DNA of 64,000 nt from Microbotryum violaceum (lineage: Eukaryota). Made by a program: the position numbers and the translations under genes. Positions 10,729 through 25,400 of this stretch are shown here, piece by piece; within the stretch, counting starts at the first letter, position 1, and every line of letters starts with the position of its first letter. The notes below the pieces were generated by a model that saw only the letters and a list, made by a program, of their open reading frames with translations, made no database searches and was not told the DNA's origin. The DNA lies in assembly GCA_001244265.2 (NCBI GenBank), contig CDLV01000020.1:186001-250000 (forward strand). Direction: 5' to 3'.

Positions 10729-13700
10729 ATGTTGGTCGGTAAGGTTTCGCTCGTCATCCTTTGGACGGCGACGATGGCCCTCGCGTCGCCGAGTAGGCGC
10801 GGCAACCACAAGAGCACCACCGGCAAACGATCCTCGTTCGGTTCAGGGAGGTATCTCGTCAAGCTATCGACTCAGACTGACATGAAAGGCTCGAAAGTTC
10901 CGGTTGAACAAGTTAGGTCCTCTCCCGGGCAAAGGTGTTCTGCTACGCTCCTTTGAATGGCAACACTGCCTCGCGTCTCGGATATGCCAACATCGCAAGT
11001 GCCTTCTGACCCGGGGGTTTCCGCCAAACTGATCAACTGCCTCTTTGTGAAAATCACAGCATCGCCAAGATTGCAACGACCAGATCAAAAACTTGTCGAG
11101 TGACTTCTTCGGCGCAATAAAGGTCCACAATACCTTCAACTTTGCTTACCAGTGCTCTATGAGTGTCGAAGCTATGGAAGGCTTTTCCCCGATAGACCTT
11201 GCCGATTACCTTGGGGTGACGGTGAGTAGAGTTCGAGGAGATCGTTGTCTTGTAAATTATTGTCCTAATGGAACCACCTTAATTTGTTAGGGCGTCGACG
11301 TCATCAAGGTTGTCGTTCACGGCCGCGGCCTGAGTTTCCCCATGCCGCCTCCGGTCTCCAAGCTCCAGCCCAAGGAGGGGTTTGCTACGCCTTGGCGCAA
11401 AAACCATCACCCTCTCCTACTGTCGCCATCTGTCTATCGCAACAATTCATTCGCACCCCATGTCGAAAGTGAAGTCCACCTCATGCACAATCTCGGCTTG
11501 CTCGGTGACAGCAACGTCTCGGTGTGTCTGGTGGATACCGGTGGGTCAGAAGCAAATGGTCGGAGGCACAACAAGCACGAGAGTGCTTACAATTTGCTTG
11601 ACGTAATTTTCTCATAGGAGTCGACTATACCAACCGGCGTTTGGGTGAAGGCTTTGGAAAAGGGTTCAAGATCGTTCTGGGTGTAAGCACACGATCAAGC
11701 CCCGCGACTGTCGGGCGTCAGCTCACTTTTCTGCTGGCAATGGCAAACACAGCACGACTTTGTGGGAAACGATGGCAAACATCCGGGCCCTTCCCCTTAC
11801 ACGAACTGCACAGATCACGGGACCCACGTCACCGGCATCGTCGGTGCGAACTTCGATCCCGATTTCAAGTTCTCTGGTGCGGCGCCCGAAGTCACATTGG
11901 GGCACTATCGAGCCTTCGCTTGTACGGGACAGTCAACGGAGGATACCATTGCCGCTGCACTTTTACGAGCTCACGCTGATGGGTGCAAAGTGATCACGCT
12001 GAGTTTGGGCGGCCCGAGTGCATGGGAGGACGGTCTGGTCGCCGATGCTGCTTCACATGTGACGAATCAGGGATCCTTGGTCGTCAGCTCGGCGGGTAAC
12101 TTTGGGACGCAAGGACTCTTCTACGGGGATGTTCCTGGCGAGTTACCGGAAGTGTTAGGGACTGCAGCGACGGATCTCCGGGAGTATCCAGTTGGGTACC
12201 TGCTCGATTTCGTCGACCATTCCTTTCAACCGATCCCTTACTTTGCCGTCTACCCCGTCAAGATCAACGAAACGCTCGATGTCTGCTACATCCCTCCGAG
12301 CATTACAGATGACCCGAAATGCAACTTATCCACGATCGTGCTCCCCAAAGGTGACCTCAAAAACTCGTTACTCGTGCTCGAGCTAGGACAATGTCCACAT
12401 TCCCTAGTGGCCAAATGGGCCGTTGCGAACAAGCTTCGCGTCGCGATGGTTAGCTTCAAGCCCGAAGATGCCCAAAGTCCTCTGAATTACTACAGCAACC
12501 ATTTCGCTCGCGGGATAGATTACTTCCTGATCGTTCCCCACTCTTGGGTCGAAACATTGATCAGGTATTACACGGCCAGTCGCGGTAAGCTACAAGTCAG
12601 TTTCGCTGCCGGCAAACGCGCTCCTGTCGAGGCTCTCGCCAACCACGAGTCGGGTGGGAATGTGAGCACTGTTCATATAATGTTCTCAGACTTAATCTGA
12701 TCTGACTAAGCACACCTTGTCTTTGTAGATGGCGTTCTACTCGTCGTACGGACCCACGGCCACACTCGAAGGCTTTGGTAACACCCTTGCTGCCCCTGGG
12801 ACCAACATTCTGTCCACTGTGACCGTCGCTCAGGGAGGTCAGTGGAACACAACAAACCCTTCTACGTGTGTTAGAGAGGTTGAAAGACATCATGGTTCTA
12901 CTTTACGTTGGCAGGTGTCGGCGTCATGTCAGGTAAGTTGGCCCTTCTGGTCCACCCCGATTTAAGAATGTTCAGAAGTCCAATCGCCGCTGATGCTGTT
13001 GGGGGCCTCACGTATAGGAACCTCTATGGCCTGTCCTTTGGCTGCAGGGATTGCCGCTCTCCTCTTCTCCCATCGCAAGGCCGACAATCTCACCCCTCGT
13101 CAAGTCAAGTCGCTCATGGCCACGACTGCGCAACCGGTGCGGATTAGTCAAAAGCCTAAAGACGCCTTCGCAACGGTCGTGCAACAAGGTGCAGGTCAGT
13201 CCTGATCGCTACCATTTGGATTATTTGATAGCTTCACCACCTCGCATGCCTGAAGTGACCGAATCGATTGTTCGCTCGCAGGAATCGTCTCGGCGTACCG
13301 AGCGTACATCGCCAAAACCCTGATCGAACCTCACAGTATCGCGCTCGGCGACCTCGAACACTTCAAAAATTCTCACAGCATCACGTTGAAGAACACGAAC
13401 AAGTTTGCGGTTACCTACACCCTCAGCTCGACGTCCTCTCAAACTGTGACGACTTACGACAAAGTGAGCAGAGGGCGGAAATTCGCATGCGCGGGTCCCC
13501 AGGACATGTAAACTAACCTTTTGGGCACAATCCGATTGATCTTGGTCCCAAGAGCGCTTCGATCGACATCAACCCTTCTGGTATCCCTCGACCTGGAATC
13601 GCCGGCGCCGCCACTGTGGCCTTCACCCCACGCAGTCTCAGGATCCCCCCCGGTCAATCCGCAACCTTCACCGCAACCTTCACTTTACCAAACTTCTCCA

Positions 13701-14582
13701 AAATAGACTTCTTCCGCGTCCCCGTCGTTTCAGGCTGGCTCCTCATCGATTCCGCCGGAGATCCCGTCCCCACGTACAGAATCGCTTATGCTGGCGTAGC
13801 AGCGGGTCTCCAAATCATGCCTGTTCTTGATTCGACGGATGTCGCGAGTCAGTCGTATGGGATCAAGGGTCTGCGACATCCGTTTATTATGGTGGGAAAC
13901 AGCTTGGATCCGGATGCGTTGCCGTCGACTGCGGCGGATGTGCTGTCGGACCCGAATAAAGTGACGAGCGTTTCTCGCAAAGATGGGATCTTCGTTTTCC
14001 TGAGGTTTGCGAGTACGTCTTCCGCGCGCAGCACTGGGGGTGCAAGCCGGGGGTGACTTCGTTGACACCTCTTTGGTGACTGCTATCTCATACAGTGGCC
14101 ACTCCATACGTCCAAGTCGACCTCGTCGACGCCAATACCACCTTCATACCCACGATTCCGTCCAACAACAACCTCCACCTAGCCGAAAACAACAGCCTCA
14201 CCGGAGACTTGCGGAAGAGACCGCACAACCCACCCCTCTTCGACTCTGTCTCCATCGTCGGTACGGCTGCTACGGCGAATGAGCTGACGCGTGACCCGAC
14301 AGATTTTTCGCATGGCAGTGGGGCCGATACGAGTTTCATCAATTTCAATGGGATGGTCGCGGTGAAGCATCCGGACGATCCGGCGACGACGAGTGTGGAC
14401 AAGGGGAGACCGTATCGACTGCTGATTCGGTGAGCTGTTCAGGGAGGGAGGAAGTGATATTCGGTGGTTGGGCTAACATCATTTCGATGCATCACCCCAG
14501 CGCCCGGCGAATGAATTCCAACCCTGAATTCTCGGCAAGCTACGACTCGTGGCTCAGCCCACCGTTCCAATTCCTCGACTAG
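10729..14582 (+). CDS. Secreted subtilisin-like S8 serine protease (insert within the catalytic domain, C-terminal Fn3-like region), many introns
   Basis: Signal-peptide-like MLVGKVSLVILWTATMALA; catalytic motifs VDTG|VDY, DHGTHVTGIVG, SAGN, MSG|TSMACP; QQGAG; ends YDSWLSPPFQFLD* at 14580-14582. Confidence 0.93.
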
Positions 14583-14938
14583 ATAGTAGAGGACCGGATC
14601 GATCCAACCACATCTTTATTATTTGTCTCTTATTTCCTTTCCCTTTCGTGAGACATACTCCGCCCCCCTTCCCCCCTTCGCATATAGTACCCACCCCACA
14701 CAGACTGGGTTGATAATCTCTCCCTTCCTGGCACGCGATGAACTTTTCCCCAGCTGCAACGTGTTCGCCCTCGCCTTTCACTCTTCTCCTTTTCTCGCTA
14801 GACGACTCCATCTGTCGACCGAGAGCAAGACAATCCCCTTCACTCTCAGACGTGATTCACAATCATCTCATAAAGCTGTATAACATCCCCTCCTCGAAAG
14901 CACAGCAACGACACTTCCCCGCAACTGAGAAAGTGCGC

Positions 14939-16321
14939 CTACCTCTTACCCAACAACTCATCCAAACTCGGCAACTCCCCCTCATCCTCATCCTCCACCT
15001 CACTCCCTGCGACCGAGCTCACCGTATCCTCCCTTCCACCTCTCCTCCCCGGAATAGGGACGTACATATGTTCATCCTCATCCTCCTCGTCCTCGTCCTC
15101 CTCTAATGGTGTCGTCGTCGATCGGAACAAAGGTCTTCCACTTCTTCGAGGCGGTGCGGGTGTGAGGGAACTGGATCCGACTCGTCCGGGACGTTCCGGG
15201 AGGGGCGTAGCGGAGAGTTGACGGATTTCGTTGGGGATTGCTGAAGGGCGGGGTAGGTCGGCGGCGGAGAGCGCCGGCCAGGGTTCGATTCTGGAAGGGA
15301 GGGAAAGCTTGATAAGTACATCGAGGGGGTTCAAGAGAGTATGCGAGTGTGCTCACACTACGACGAGGGCGCGGTTGTATATCGAGTAACTCTTGTCTAT
15401 AATTCGAGCGCGAGGTCGGCGCGGGTTTGAAGAAACTGGGTCGTCAAGATCACTCACATAGAACATGCACTTCAGGTTTGACATCGTCCTTGTCCTCCTC
15501 ATGAGGATCGATCGTTTCGCTCGTCTGCGCCGATTTGAGCAAAGTTCTCGGATCCTGCTCGTCGTCCTCATCCTTGATGAACAGATCCGGTTGGGCTGTA
15601 CTTCTCTTGGCAGGTTGTTCTTCATTGCCGTCTTCATAATCGTCTTCGTGGGATGTCAGATCTACACTAGCGGACTCGCGTGTGCGCTTGCTCGTCGATG
15701 CCCTGGGTGGTGGTGGTGGTGGTTTTTGGGCTTTTGGTCTCGGGGGTGGGGGCATGGATGCGATCGGGTACACTCGTTGGCGTTCGTGCTGTAGAGACAG
15801 GAGGTTCAGCACGGGGAACATGATGCCCATGTACTCCCAGACTGACCTTGTGCAACACGACGTGCCGCTTGCCCATACTTCTGAAGTAGAACAGCATCTG
15901 ATAATCCTCTGCTCGGAACAGACCCCAAGTCAATTCCTAACCCCTGAAAAATCGACCTGCAAGCCGATGTGGATACCCAACCTACGTCCTCGGTAGACAT
16001 CAATCTGTTGCTTCTCCCTCGCTCCGCCCGATTTCTTCTTGGCCGGTTCTTGCTCGTTCCTCAATTTGGTAGGGATCCGTTCCCTCAACGCCGAGAGAAC
16101 GCGCATCAGGCGGTCCTCCTGTGGGGAAAGAAAACAAAAACCCCAGCCGATAGTCGGTCAAAAGACTGTTGGGTCTCTCATTGAGAGCCATTTGGGAGAC
16201 CTACGGTCATCCAATGCACGTGCGCGGGTTCCATGTAGAGGATGAACTGCAGGACGGTGTGGGGGGAGACGCGCAGGTAATGCGCTTGGCGGGGTTGGAA
16301 GCGCATCGGCGGTCGATCCAT
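14939..16321 (-). CDS. Fungal hypothetical protein, intron-containing
   Basis: HYLRVSPHTVLQFILYM..HVHWM, VDVYR, YQMLFYFR and acidic/Pro-rich exons joined by GT-AG introns. Confidence 0.7.
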
Positions 16322-16863
16322 GGTGGAGATGGTGGAGATGGGCTTCCAAGGGTATATATGGTCGCCTCTGGGGAGGTGGTGTGATGTGGCGCGACGTGAG
16401 AAGAGGCTGAGGCTGAGCTGAGGCGAGCGCCCAAGTCGACGGAGACGGAGTGACGATAGATGACGATAGATGACGATGACGCGCTGACGCATTGTCAAAT
16501 CGGCCAGCTGACTCAGCCCGTGCTCGATCTAGTTGGATGATGATGGTCACGTGCGTTAGACTCCTATTGGTCAGCCACTGCTGCCATCGTCGCCCGCAAA
16601 TAATGCAGAAAAAAACCGGCACTCCGTGGAACTGCCAGGGCCAGCCTCCTACCCTACGTAGTACGTACACTGCAGTGAGGGCCTAATAATAAAAGTTGTT
16701 GGCTCCGAGTCGGCCGTAGGGCAGGCACTGCCAGGATCTCTACCTGGCTACTAGCATTAGGTACCAGTGCACCAGTGCGCGCTCTCGTAAGCGCGCCTCA
16801 GCCGCAGTGCGGTTCTTTCCCGCCCGACTACGCGACAGCACCCACCTGGTACACACCTTCAAC

Positions 16864-19722
16864 ATGGCGTCGACCGATCCTCCCGACATGTCCGAGGAGA
16901 AGACAGCCAGCCAGACGGCTTCGAAAGCGCCTGCCTCGGTCGTGTTGCCGTCGACGTTCTCCAACAGCGTCAGTCTTTGTCCATGTGCAGGGGGGCGCTT
17001 GCAGTGGTCGTCGCACCGCCCCACTTGGCACGCGCTGCAAGCTTCAAGCCCGACCTTGAGCCATCGTCACTGACCCTTCATGCTGCCTCCCCGTCCCAGT
17101 TCTGGACGACCGACTACCGCACAGGTTTCGAAACGCTCTACAACCAACTCGACCACGCCGTAGTGCAGTTGCACGAGATCCTGTCGACCGTCAATGCAAG
17201 AGTTCAAGCCGAATCGGCCTTCTCCCGCGCACTCGCCCCGCCCGCGCTCAGGGAGGATGGCTTTGCAGCCAGTGCGCTCCTTTCAACTAACTGGATGGCT
17301 TGTACATGTGGGAACTGACCCCGGTCATACTCCGCGCTGCGTCCAGACGAAGGAGGTAGTCTCCGGACCGGACTCGAGTCGATCCTGTCGAGCACCGTCA
17401 TGGAGGCCCGAGCGCGCTGGAATCTCGCCCAAGACCTCGACGTGAGCACTGCGTCCTTGGTCGCCAGTCTGTGGGGCGCTCATCTTGTCTTGATTCCTGT
17501 CTGATAGCGCAACATCGCGACCCCATTCGCGACCTGGTCCCGCTCCCATCAAGGGCGCATCGCATCTTCGAGAAACCTGATCGAATCCCATCTCTCGGAA
17601 TGGGAAAAGGCCCACGCGAACGCGGCCAAGCTCAAAACCTCGTACGACGAAGCCTGTCGCAACGCTGACGAAGCCGAGGATGAACTCGCTCACCATCACC
17701 TCAAGATGCCGACTTCCCCTCCTCGTTCGACACCGAAGACCTCGAGGTCCAATTCGATCGAGACGAACAAGGGTAAAGGTCGCGCAAGTGAACCCGGGGA
17801 CGATGACGCCAAGTCCGTCGAGGGGGCCGATACCATCGACGACGACGACGTACCTCTCGGTCGAGCGACTATTTCCGCCTTGGCGCGACGTTTCACCGTT
17901 CGCAAACTTGCCCAACCGAGTGGCACCACGACCGGTACTGAACCGACCGAGTCGGCCTCGACCGTCGAACCCAAAGTGGGCGCAGCATTGGATTGGAGCA
18001 AAGCGACGTGAGTCCCTCAGATCCCCTTGATGGTTCTTCACGTTGCTGATTCTGGAGAGACATTGTCGGTCACAGCATCTCGTCCCTGATCGACCGCGTC
18101 GCCGGACCCCAAACGGGCGCAGGTCGCATCGAGCGCGCGCGCCTCCATGCCGAAGAAGTTGAGAAGCGTTACCGCGAAGCGATCGTGCACCTCGATACCA
18201 AACGATTGCAATTGGAAGAGGTTTATGCCGAGCACGTGGCGTATGTGCAACGGTGCGAGACGGATCGGTCGAAGGCTGCAGCGAGCGTGCTCAAGTCGTT
18301 CCATGTCGCCGTGGCGGCCTTGCCCAAATTGATCGACGGGTCGCTGGAGCGAGTCAGCACCACGTTGGAGCTACTGAGACCCGAGAAGGACGTGGTGGGG
18401 ATTATTGAGCGATCAAAGTAAGAATCTTGATGACTTTGCTGGGGTCAGAAACTGATTGCCGAACGAGAGTGCTCTACAGAACTGGTTCTTTTCAACCCCG
18501 ACCGATAACCTTCCACTGCCACTACTCCGAGCCGCCCTCAGAAGCGTTTGGCATCGACCTTCGTCGATACGAAGAAACGCGTAGTCCTTCGGATGCCGTC
18601 GTACCCCCAGTTCTTACTTTCTTACTCGACTACATCCAGAACGCTTCGAGAACGATCTCGTCCAACGCCGAAAAGCGTCGGATCTGGCTCTACGAGACCC
18701 CTCTGGGCATGCAACACCGGCTTCGCTCATTGCTCCAGGACCCAAGCAGGGCAGGTCATCTCCGCTCCTTGGTCGACAAGTTCGACCTCCCCGTCGTCGC
18801 TTCAACGGTCAAACTGTGGCTCTTGGAACTCGAGATCCCCCCCATCGTCTTCAGCCAATACGACGAATTACGCCACCTGTACCCCAAACGCGTCGGTTCG
18901 GAAATCGTCAACGTACCCGCCAAACTCTTGGCCGAACATTTGGCTCGCATGCCGGTTACGCATTTGGAAGTCGTCCGAGCGATGATCCTTTACTTCGCGG
19001 AGATGATCCAATCGACCCCTACGGAAGGAACGGAGACGGATGAGGTGTACTTGCAGAAACTTGCACTTTCGGTCGCGAGATGTCTCGTTCGACCGAGGCA
19101 GGAAACGTCCCTCTCGATCGACGATCGGTTCCCTACCTTGGTCTTCAGTGACCTCGTCAAGAACCATGCGGTGATCTTTGCGTCCGCGGACGAATTGAAG
19201 CATTCCAAGACGAGGGAGGAGAGGTATCGACCGAGGAGGCAGAGGACCAAACCTGTTGATGCGAGGTTGAGTCGAAGTAAGATCGGCGTCGCGGAGAGGC
19301 GGACGGTGGGTGTCGAAGAGGGGATGGAGTTGTTGCAGGAACATCGGAAGAGTCTTAGTTCGGGTGAGGGGGAGGTGCGAACGGAGAAGGAGAAGGGGAC
19401 GGCAGAGAAGGGAGCGGAGAAGGAGAAGAAAAATGCAGAGGCGGAAGCGGTAGCGGAAACGGAGGACAAATTCGTCGACACGGAGGATGGCGAAGCGACG
19501 CCTACGACAACGGAAGCGAAACTGTTACCGCTCGTGGAGAAGCAGACAGAGAAATTCAAGAATGAAGACGATGCACCGATTGTCAGAGGGTCTCCTTCTT
19601 TGTCTAGATCGACTAGGACTAAGGGGGGGAGGGGCCCAAGGCCGCTTTCGGTTGGTGCGAAGGGCCGTGCGGTGACGACGAAGGCGGAGGAGGAAGCGAG
19701 CGAGGGGCTGAGTGAAGGATAG
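16864..19722 (+). CDS. F-BAR (FCH) + RhoGAP-fold protein (Rgd3/Rga9-like)
   Basis: LPSTFSNS|FWTTDYRTGFETLY..RVQAE FCH start; coiled coils; FGIDL..VPPVL..VKLWLLEL RhoGAP-like domain. Confidence 0.85.
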
Positions 19723-19837
19723 TACTGTGAAGTTCGCGCAATGTGAAATTGTGTACGATATATTACAATTTCTCTCCTTTTGTTTCGCATTCTGTTTGCA
19801 ATGCTTCATGAACGACGGATACCACGAAAACGAACTT

Positions 19838-21771
19838 TTACGCCTCCTCCTGAAGCAGCTTCGCCACAACCAAAACAAGCCCATCCTCACCCCACTGACC
19901 AGCAAGCTGAACACCTACAGGCCAACCATCCTCCTGTGACCTTCCAAAAGGGACAGAGATTGCGGGGAGACCCGCCAATGATGCGGGTACGTTGAGGACA
20001 TCTTGGACGTAGCCTGATACTTCATCACCCTGGACGGCGGAAAGCAGAGGCGCGGTGGAGATAGCCGAAGGGTAAAGCAACAGATCCACACCTTCTTCAT
20101 TAGCTTCCCCGTCCTCTTCCCCGGCGTTGGTCAAAACGGAGCTTCGCCTAAACGTTTGATCAAACTCCTCCCGGATCAATCGCCTCACACGTTGGGCTTG
20201 TAAGAAGTAATTATCGAATGCTTCGGCCGTCAGAGCGTAGGTCCCTAATAAGAGACGTTTTTGAACTTCTTTCCCGAACCCCGAGGATCTTGAGGATGCA
20301 TATAGAGGGGAATTCGATACGCCAGGGCCGGTAACGGAAGGTGGATCTGATCGTGTACCGAAGCGTATCCCATCGAATCGTGCTAGGTTGGACGACGCCT
20401 CGGCGGAGGCGAGGACGTAGTACGCGCTCAAGGCTGAGGGGGTCCAAGGAAGAGAGATACTGCGCAGAATTGCACCCCTGTTCTGCAGAGATTGGAGTGC
20501 GCAACGTAGAGGAGGTAGAACGAAGGGGGATAGCTCGGAGAGGAAGTATTCCTGAACAAGAGAGGTTGGACAGAGTCAGTGCGGAGGGTTTGGTGAGGAG
20601 TGGGAGGGGTTCTTACGGCGGGTACCCCGATTCGTAGGCCTGTCAGATCGCCTTCTTTCCATCGTGATGGTAAGGAGTTCGTTCGGTCGGTGATGCGTAG
20701 TCGGACGTCTTGGGGTGTGGATGTGGGATCTTTAGGGTCGTGAGCTTGGAGGACGTCTATACCGCGAAGCGAACAAATATTTATTTTCATTAGCGCCTCG
20801 AGCGACTCGAGGTCAGTCAAATACTGTCAAACGGCCTCACCAAACGTCGTCTGTACATCCTCAACCTCCTTCGCCATAATCCCAACACAATCGAGGCTAC
20901 TCGCATACGCAATCATGCCCCATCTGGACAGGAGTCCATACGAAGGTTTGAAGCCGAGGACGCCGCAGTAGGCTGCGGGGAGTCGAGTCGACCCTCCTGT
21001 GTCGGAGGCGAGGGCTCTGTGGGAAGCAAGGAGAGGGTCAGCAGGTATGAAGGGGTAGGGTAATATCTCTCAGGGACATGACTTACATCCGGGCTATCCT
21101 GGCCGCCACTGCTGCGGCTGAACCTCCCGAACTACCTCCTGCCACCCGAGCTGCTGTCCCCGTCGCCGAGCTGGTCTCGGGACCGGACGGATTGAGCGTC
21201 GGGCCGAAATGCGAATGAATGTTGGCCGAGCTGAGGGTACCAAGCATGGCTGAATCAGGTGTGGATTGCTCAGTAGAGTGTCGGGTAATCGTCCTCACCC
21301 CATCCCAAATTCGTCCATGTTGGCTTTCCCAAAAATCAACCCGCCCTGCGCCTTGAGCCGACTCACGACCGTCGCCTCAATAGGGGAAGCATAGTCTGTA
21401 CACAATAAGACGAGAGCGCCATCAGTACGAAGCCCAAGCCTTTGTGAACCGGTCTTCCTTTGAACGAACGTTGGAGGAAACGACTCGAAGCGGTGGTGGG
21501 GAATTCGCACGTGCAGAAGAGGTCTTTCACGGCGATGGCGTGGCCGTAAAGTTTTCCTTGTTGAGGAAGGGAATGAAAAGCTTGTGTCGCATCTGAAATA
21601 AAGGCCACGGAAAAGTCAGTGATGGGGCATGCAAGCGGGAAGATGTCTGCTTCGTGGGGAAGCAGAGGGCGACGAACCTTTGAGCGAGAGCAAAGACGTA
21701 TAAGCGCGCCAGGTTGGATTCGTCCGATGGGCTAGTTCGACAAGTTGCGCTAGTTCACGTGGGAGGGCCAT
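19838..21771 (-). CDS. gatA: Glutamyl-tRNA(Gln) amidotransferase subunit A (mitochondrial, amidase signature)
   Basis: [77 protein letters not shown]. Confidence 0.93.
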
Positions 21772-22438
21772 GGGTGTGGGTACTGGACGGTCCAAAGGGC
21801 TAGCGGCGGAAGGGGCGAAGCGCGAAGCGAGGACGACGGTGCGCGAGGTGCGCAGAGTCAAAGGTCACGTGCTCGGGGACGGAAGCTGCTCGTTGAAGCT
21901 TTGAAGCCCCACCACTGCTTACTCTGCTTCGGCTTCGAATCGTCCCCGCCCAGAAAGGGGACACGGGTGTGTAGATCTGAATCGCCTCAAAAGAAAACAT
22001 CGAAAATAAAGCCGGAGTCTGCCATGGTCCCCAGCAACGATGTCTGCACGAACTCGGGATCGATATATCGGGATGATCTTGCGAAAAGACAGGAATTGTC
22101 TAGTAACCTTTGCTTAGAGTGCACAGTATGACAACTCCCCACGTAAAGTGCCATCGCCGATCATGTGAATGATCGCTGGACACCCTCACGGAGCCGCAGC
22201 GGGGCTCGGATCCGGAGCTGCGATAAAGAGCTCGGCGCACTATTCAGCATGACGTCGTGCGCGCTGCCTGTTCGGGATGAAAACGCTGGCGCAAAAGGCG
22301 ATGGACGATCTGAGCGGAGCAGTAGCGGCCCGGGAGCGCTCTTCTCGTTCTTGTATCGGTGCTGACTGCCCCAGCCTTGATCCGCTCTGCTCTCGGCTCG
22401 TTCGGCGTGCTTGCTTCCCTCTCCCTTGCTCGCTCAGC

Positions 22439-25400
22439 ATGGTCAACAACACGACCAAGTATGGCTCGTCCCAGTCGTCGTCGGCACCGATCCGACAGGC
22501 GAAAGAATCGATCGAGTCGGGCTCGGACGAGCGCTTGACCGTGTACGCCGTCACGCTCGAGGACGACGGATCACCTTCTAAAGCCAAGACGGTTAGTCCA
22601 TCAAATCGAACGCGTCCTTTCACGCATAGCTGACACCTTGTCCTCTCTTTACTCGCTCTCGCTGCTCCTCGGGATGCGTTCTCCCTGCGCGATGCTGGCT
22701 GATCGGATCGCCCGGATGGATCGTCATCGATACCCGATCGCGCATCGCGCTCGCTCGCTCTCGGCCCGTGCCCTGCCGCCGCCGCCCCGGTCTCGGCCTT
22801 TCCTCGACCTTGTGCACCACCGCAGCTCCTGCGCTTGCCCCCACCTGCAGCACCTTACATCCTGCGCATCTACATCGAGGCCGGCACCTCCGCCTCGCGC
22901 AATGGCTCCCTCTACACCAACTTCCCCATCGACGGATCCCAGTACGAGAGGACAAAGCTTCACCAGACAAAGTAGGTCCCAGTTCAGACGTCACACACGA
23001 TGCATACCCATCTCGGTGCAATTTTCGACCCCGACAGACTGCCCCAAGACTTTTCAAAGCCGTTCGGCATTGATCTCGAGGTTAGTCTGGGATAGCAAGT
23101 TTTTCGTGTGGCGCGAGACCGAGACACAGAACTGACCTTCCTAGTGGGCCCTCAGATCGCTACCGCTGGTGCCTTCGAGTACCACGTCGAATACGATGGC
23201 GACGCCGGACGAGTCAAAGCCGAGTCCGGCTACTTTATCGTCGAGCCCCTCCTCACCATCTCCGCCCGCTCCTCGATCCTCTCCAAAGAATTGACCGTCC
23301 TCCCTCCCGGCAAAGGTGGCGTCATCTCCAAGGAAGAGGTCCACCTCCCTCTCGACGGACTTGTCATCCAGTCGATCGTGTCCAAGTTCATGGGCACCTT
23401 GGAGGATTGGGTCCCCCACCTCGACGTCATGCGCGACCGAGGCTACAACCTCTTGCACTACATCCCCCTGCAACAACGCGGCAAATCCGACAGTCCTTAT
23501 TCGATCTACGACCAGCTTGAACTCGCCGACGATCTGTTTGTCGCGAAGGGATTGACGAGGGAGCAAAAAAATCAGGAGATGTCCCAATGGCTCGGTCGGA
23601 TCAAGAGTGAATGGGGCATCTTGGGTATGATTGATGTTGTGCTGAACCACACCGCCAACAACTCGCCCTGGCTCGAGGAGCACCCGGAAGCTGGTAAGTC
23701 TGACAGAGACGGTTTTGACAATATCGAGGAGCTTATGGCTGACCCAATTCACGTTGTTTCTTCCAGGTTTCAACGCTGTCAACTCGCCTCATCTTGAAGC
23801 TGCGGTCGAACTTGACACAGCGTTGATCACCTTCTCCGAATCTCTGGAGCGACGAGGTCTCCCCACCGAGCTCAAGTCCGCTGGCGATCTCGACGCGATC
23901 ATGGTCGTTCTGGAGGGAGAAATGCTACCTTCGTTGAAGCTGCACGAGTACTATGCCATCAATGTCGAGCGAGAAGTTGCTGCCTTCACCTCAGCCTGGT
24001 CCGCTTCTAAAGCGGGCTCGAACGCAACGTCCTCGCATCTCGGCGAGATGCCACCCAAGAAGTTGGCGGAGAACTTCATCAAAAAGTGCTTGCCCAAGAA
24101 CTGGAACCAACTCGGCCCGCGATACCACGTCAAGGTCGATCAAGATGCCTCAATCACCTTCATCGCTGCTCTGACAGGTGCCAAGCCTGGATCGGACACG
24201 GCCGAGCAAGCCAGCAAGGAATTGCAACGCGTGCTCGACATCATCAACGTGTCGCGATACGAACAGTACGACGACGACCGCAAGGCAATTCTGACCAACA
24301 CCCGCAGCCGCATCCGCTACACCCGCATCGATGCCGATGGACCCAAGTATGGCAAGATCTCCAACAAGTCGCCGTTGGTTGAGCCCTTGTTCACGCGCTT
24401 GCCCAAGTCCAAGGCGACGGACAAGCACGACCCCAAGTCCCTCGCTCTGGCCAACAACGGATGGATCTGGGATGCCGATCCGCTGCAGAACTTTGCCGGG
24501 CCCGAGTCGAGGACCTATATCCGTCGAGATCTGATCGTGTGGGGTGACTGCGTCAAGCTCAACTATAGCTCCGGACCGGAGGACAACCCTTGGTTGTGGA
24601 AGCACATGACCGAGTACTCCGAGACGCTCGCCAGTCTGTTCCATGGCTTCCGTCTCGACAACGCGCACTCGACCCCGATCCACGTCGGCGAGTACTTGCT
24701 CGATGCGGCTCGACGCGTCAATCCCAACCTCTACGTCTGCGCCGAGCTCTTCACGGGTTCGCAGGAGCTCGATCTTCACTTCGTCTGCCGACTTGGGTTG
24801 AGCAGTTTGACGCGCGAGGCGATGAATTCGAATAACCCCAAGGAAGAGAGTGGATTGCTGTACTCGTACGGTCTCGGGAAACCAATCGGATCCATGGACG
24901 GCGGTTGCCTGACCGTCCAATCCGAAGTCGAGTACAAGGGCAAGACGAGAAAATGCAGCATTGTTCCTCTGGCCGGATCGGTACCTCATGCTTTCTTGAT
25001 GGATTGCACGCACGACAACGAGATGCCTCTGTCGAAGCGAACGGCCGAGGATGCGTTGCCGACGGGTGCGCTCGTCACTTTCGCCCGTGCCGCCATTGGG
25101 TCGACCCGAGGTTTCGACGACCTTTACCCCGATCACCTCGATGTCGTGACCGACAGTCGCCACTATGAATTAGCCGGCTCGGATGCCGGTATCGGACACA
25201 TCAAACGCGTTCTGAACCACCTCCACGCCGAAACCGTCTTGGACGAAGCTGTCGAGGGCCACTTCAGCCAAGAGGGTGATTACATCACATGCCATCGCGT
25301 GAACCCCGTCACGCACAAGGGGTACCTCCTTATCACTCGCACCGCCTTTTTTAAGTCGCACGACAAGTCACGTGGCTACGTCTCCCCTACGCGCCTCGAC

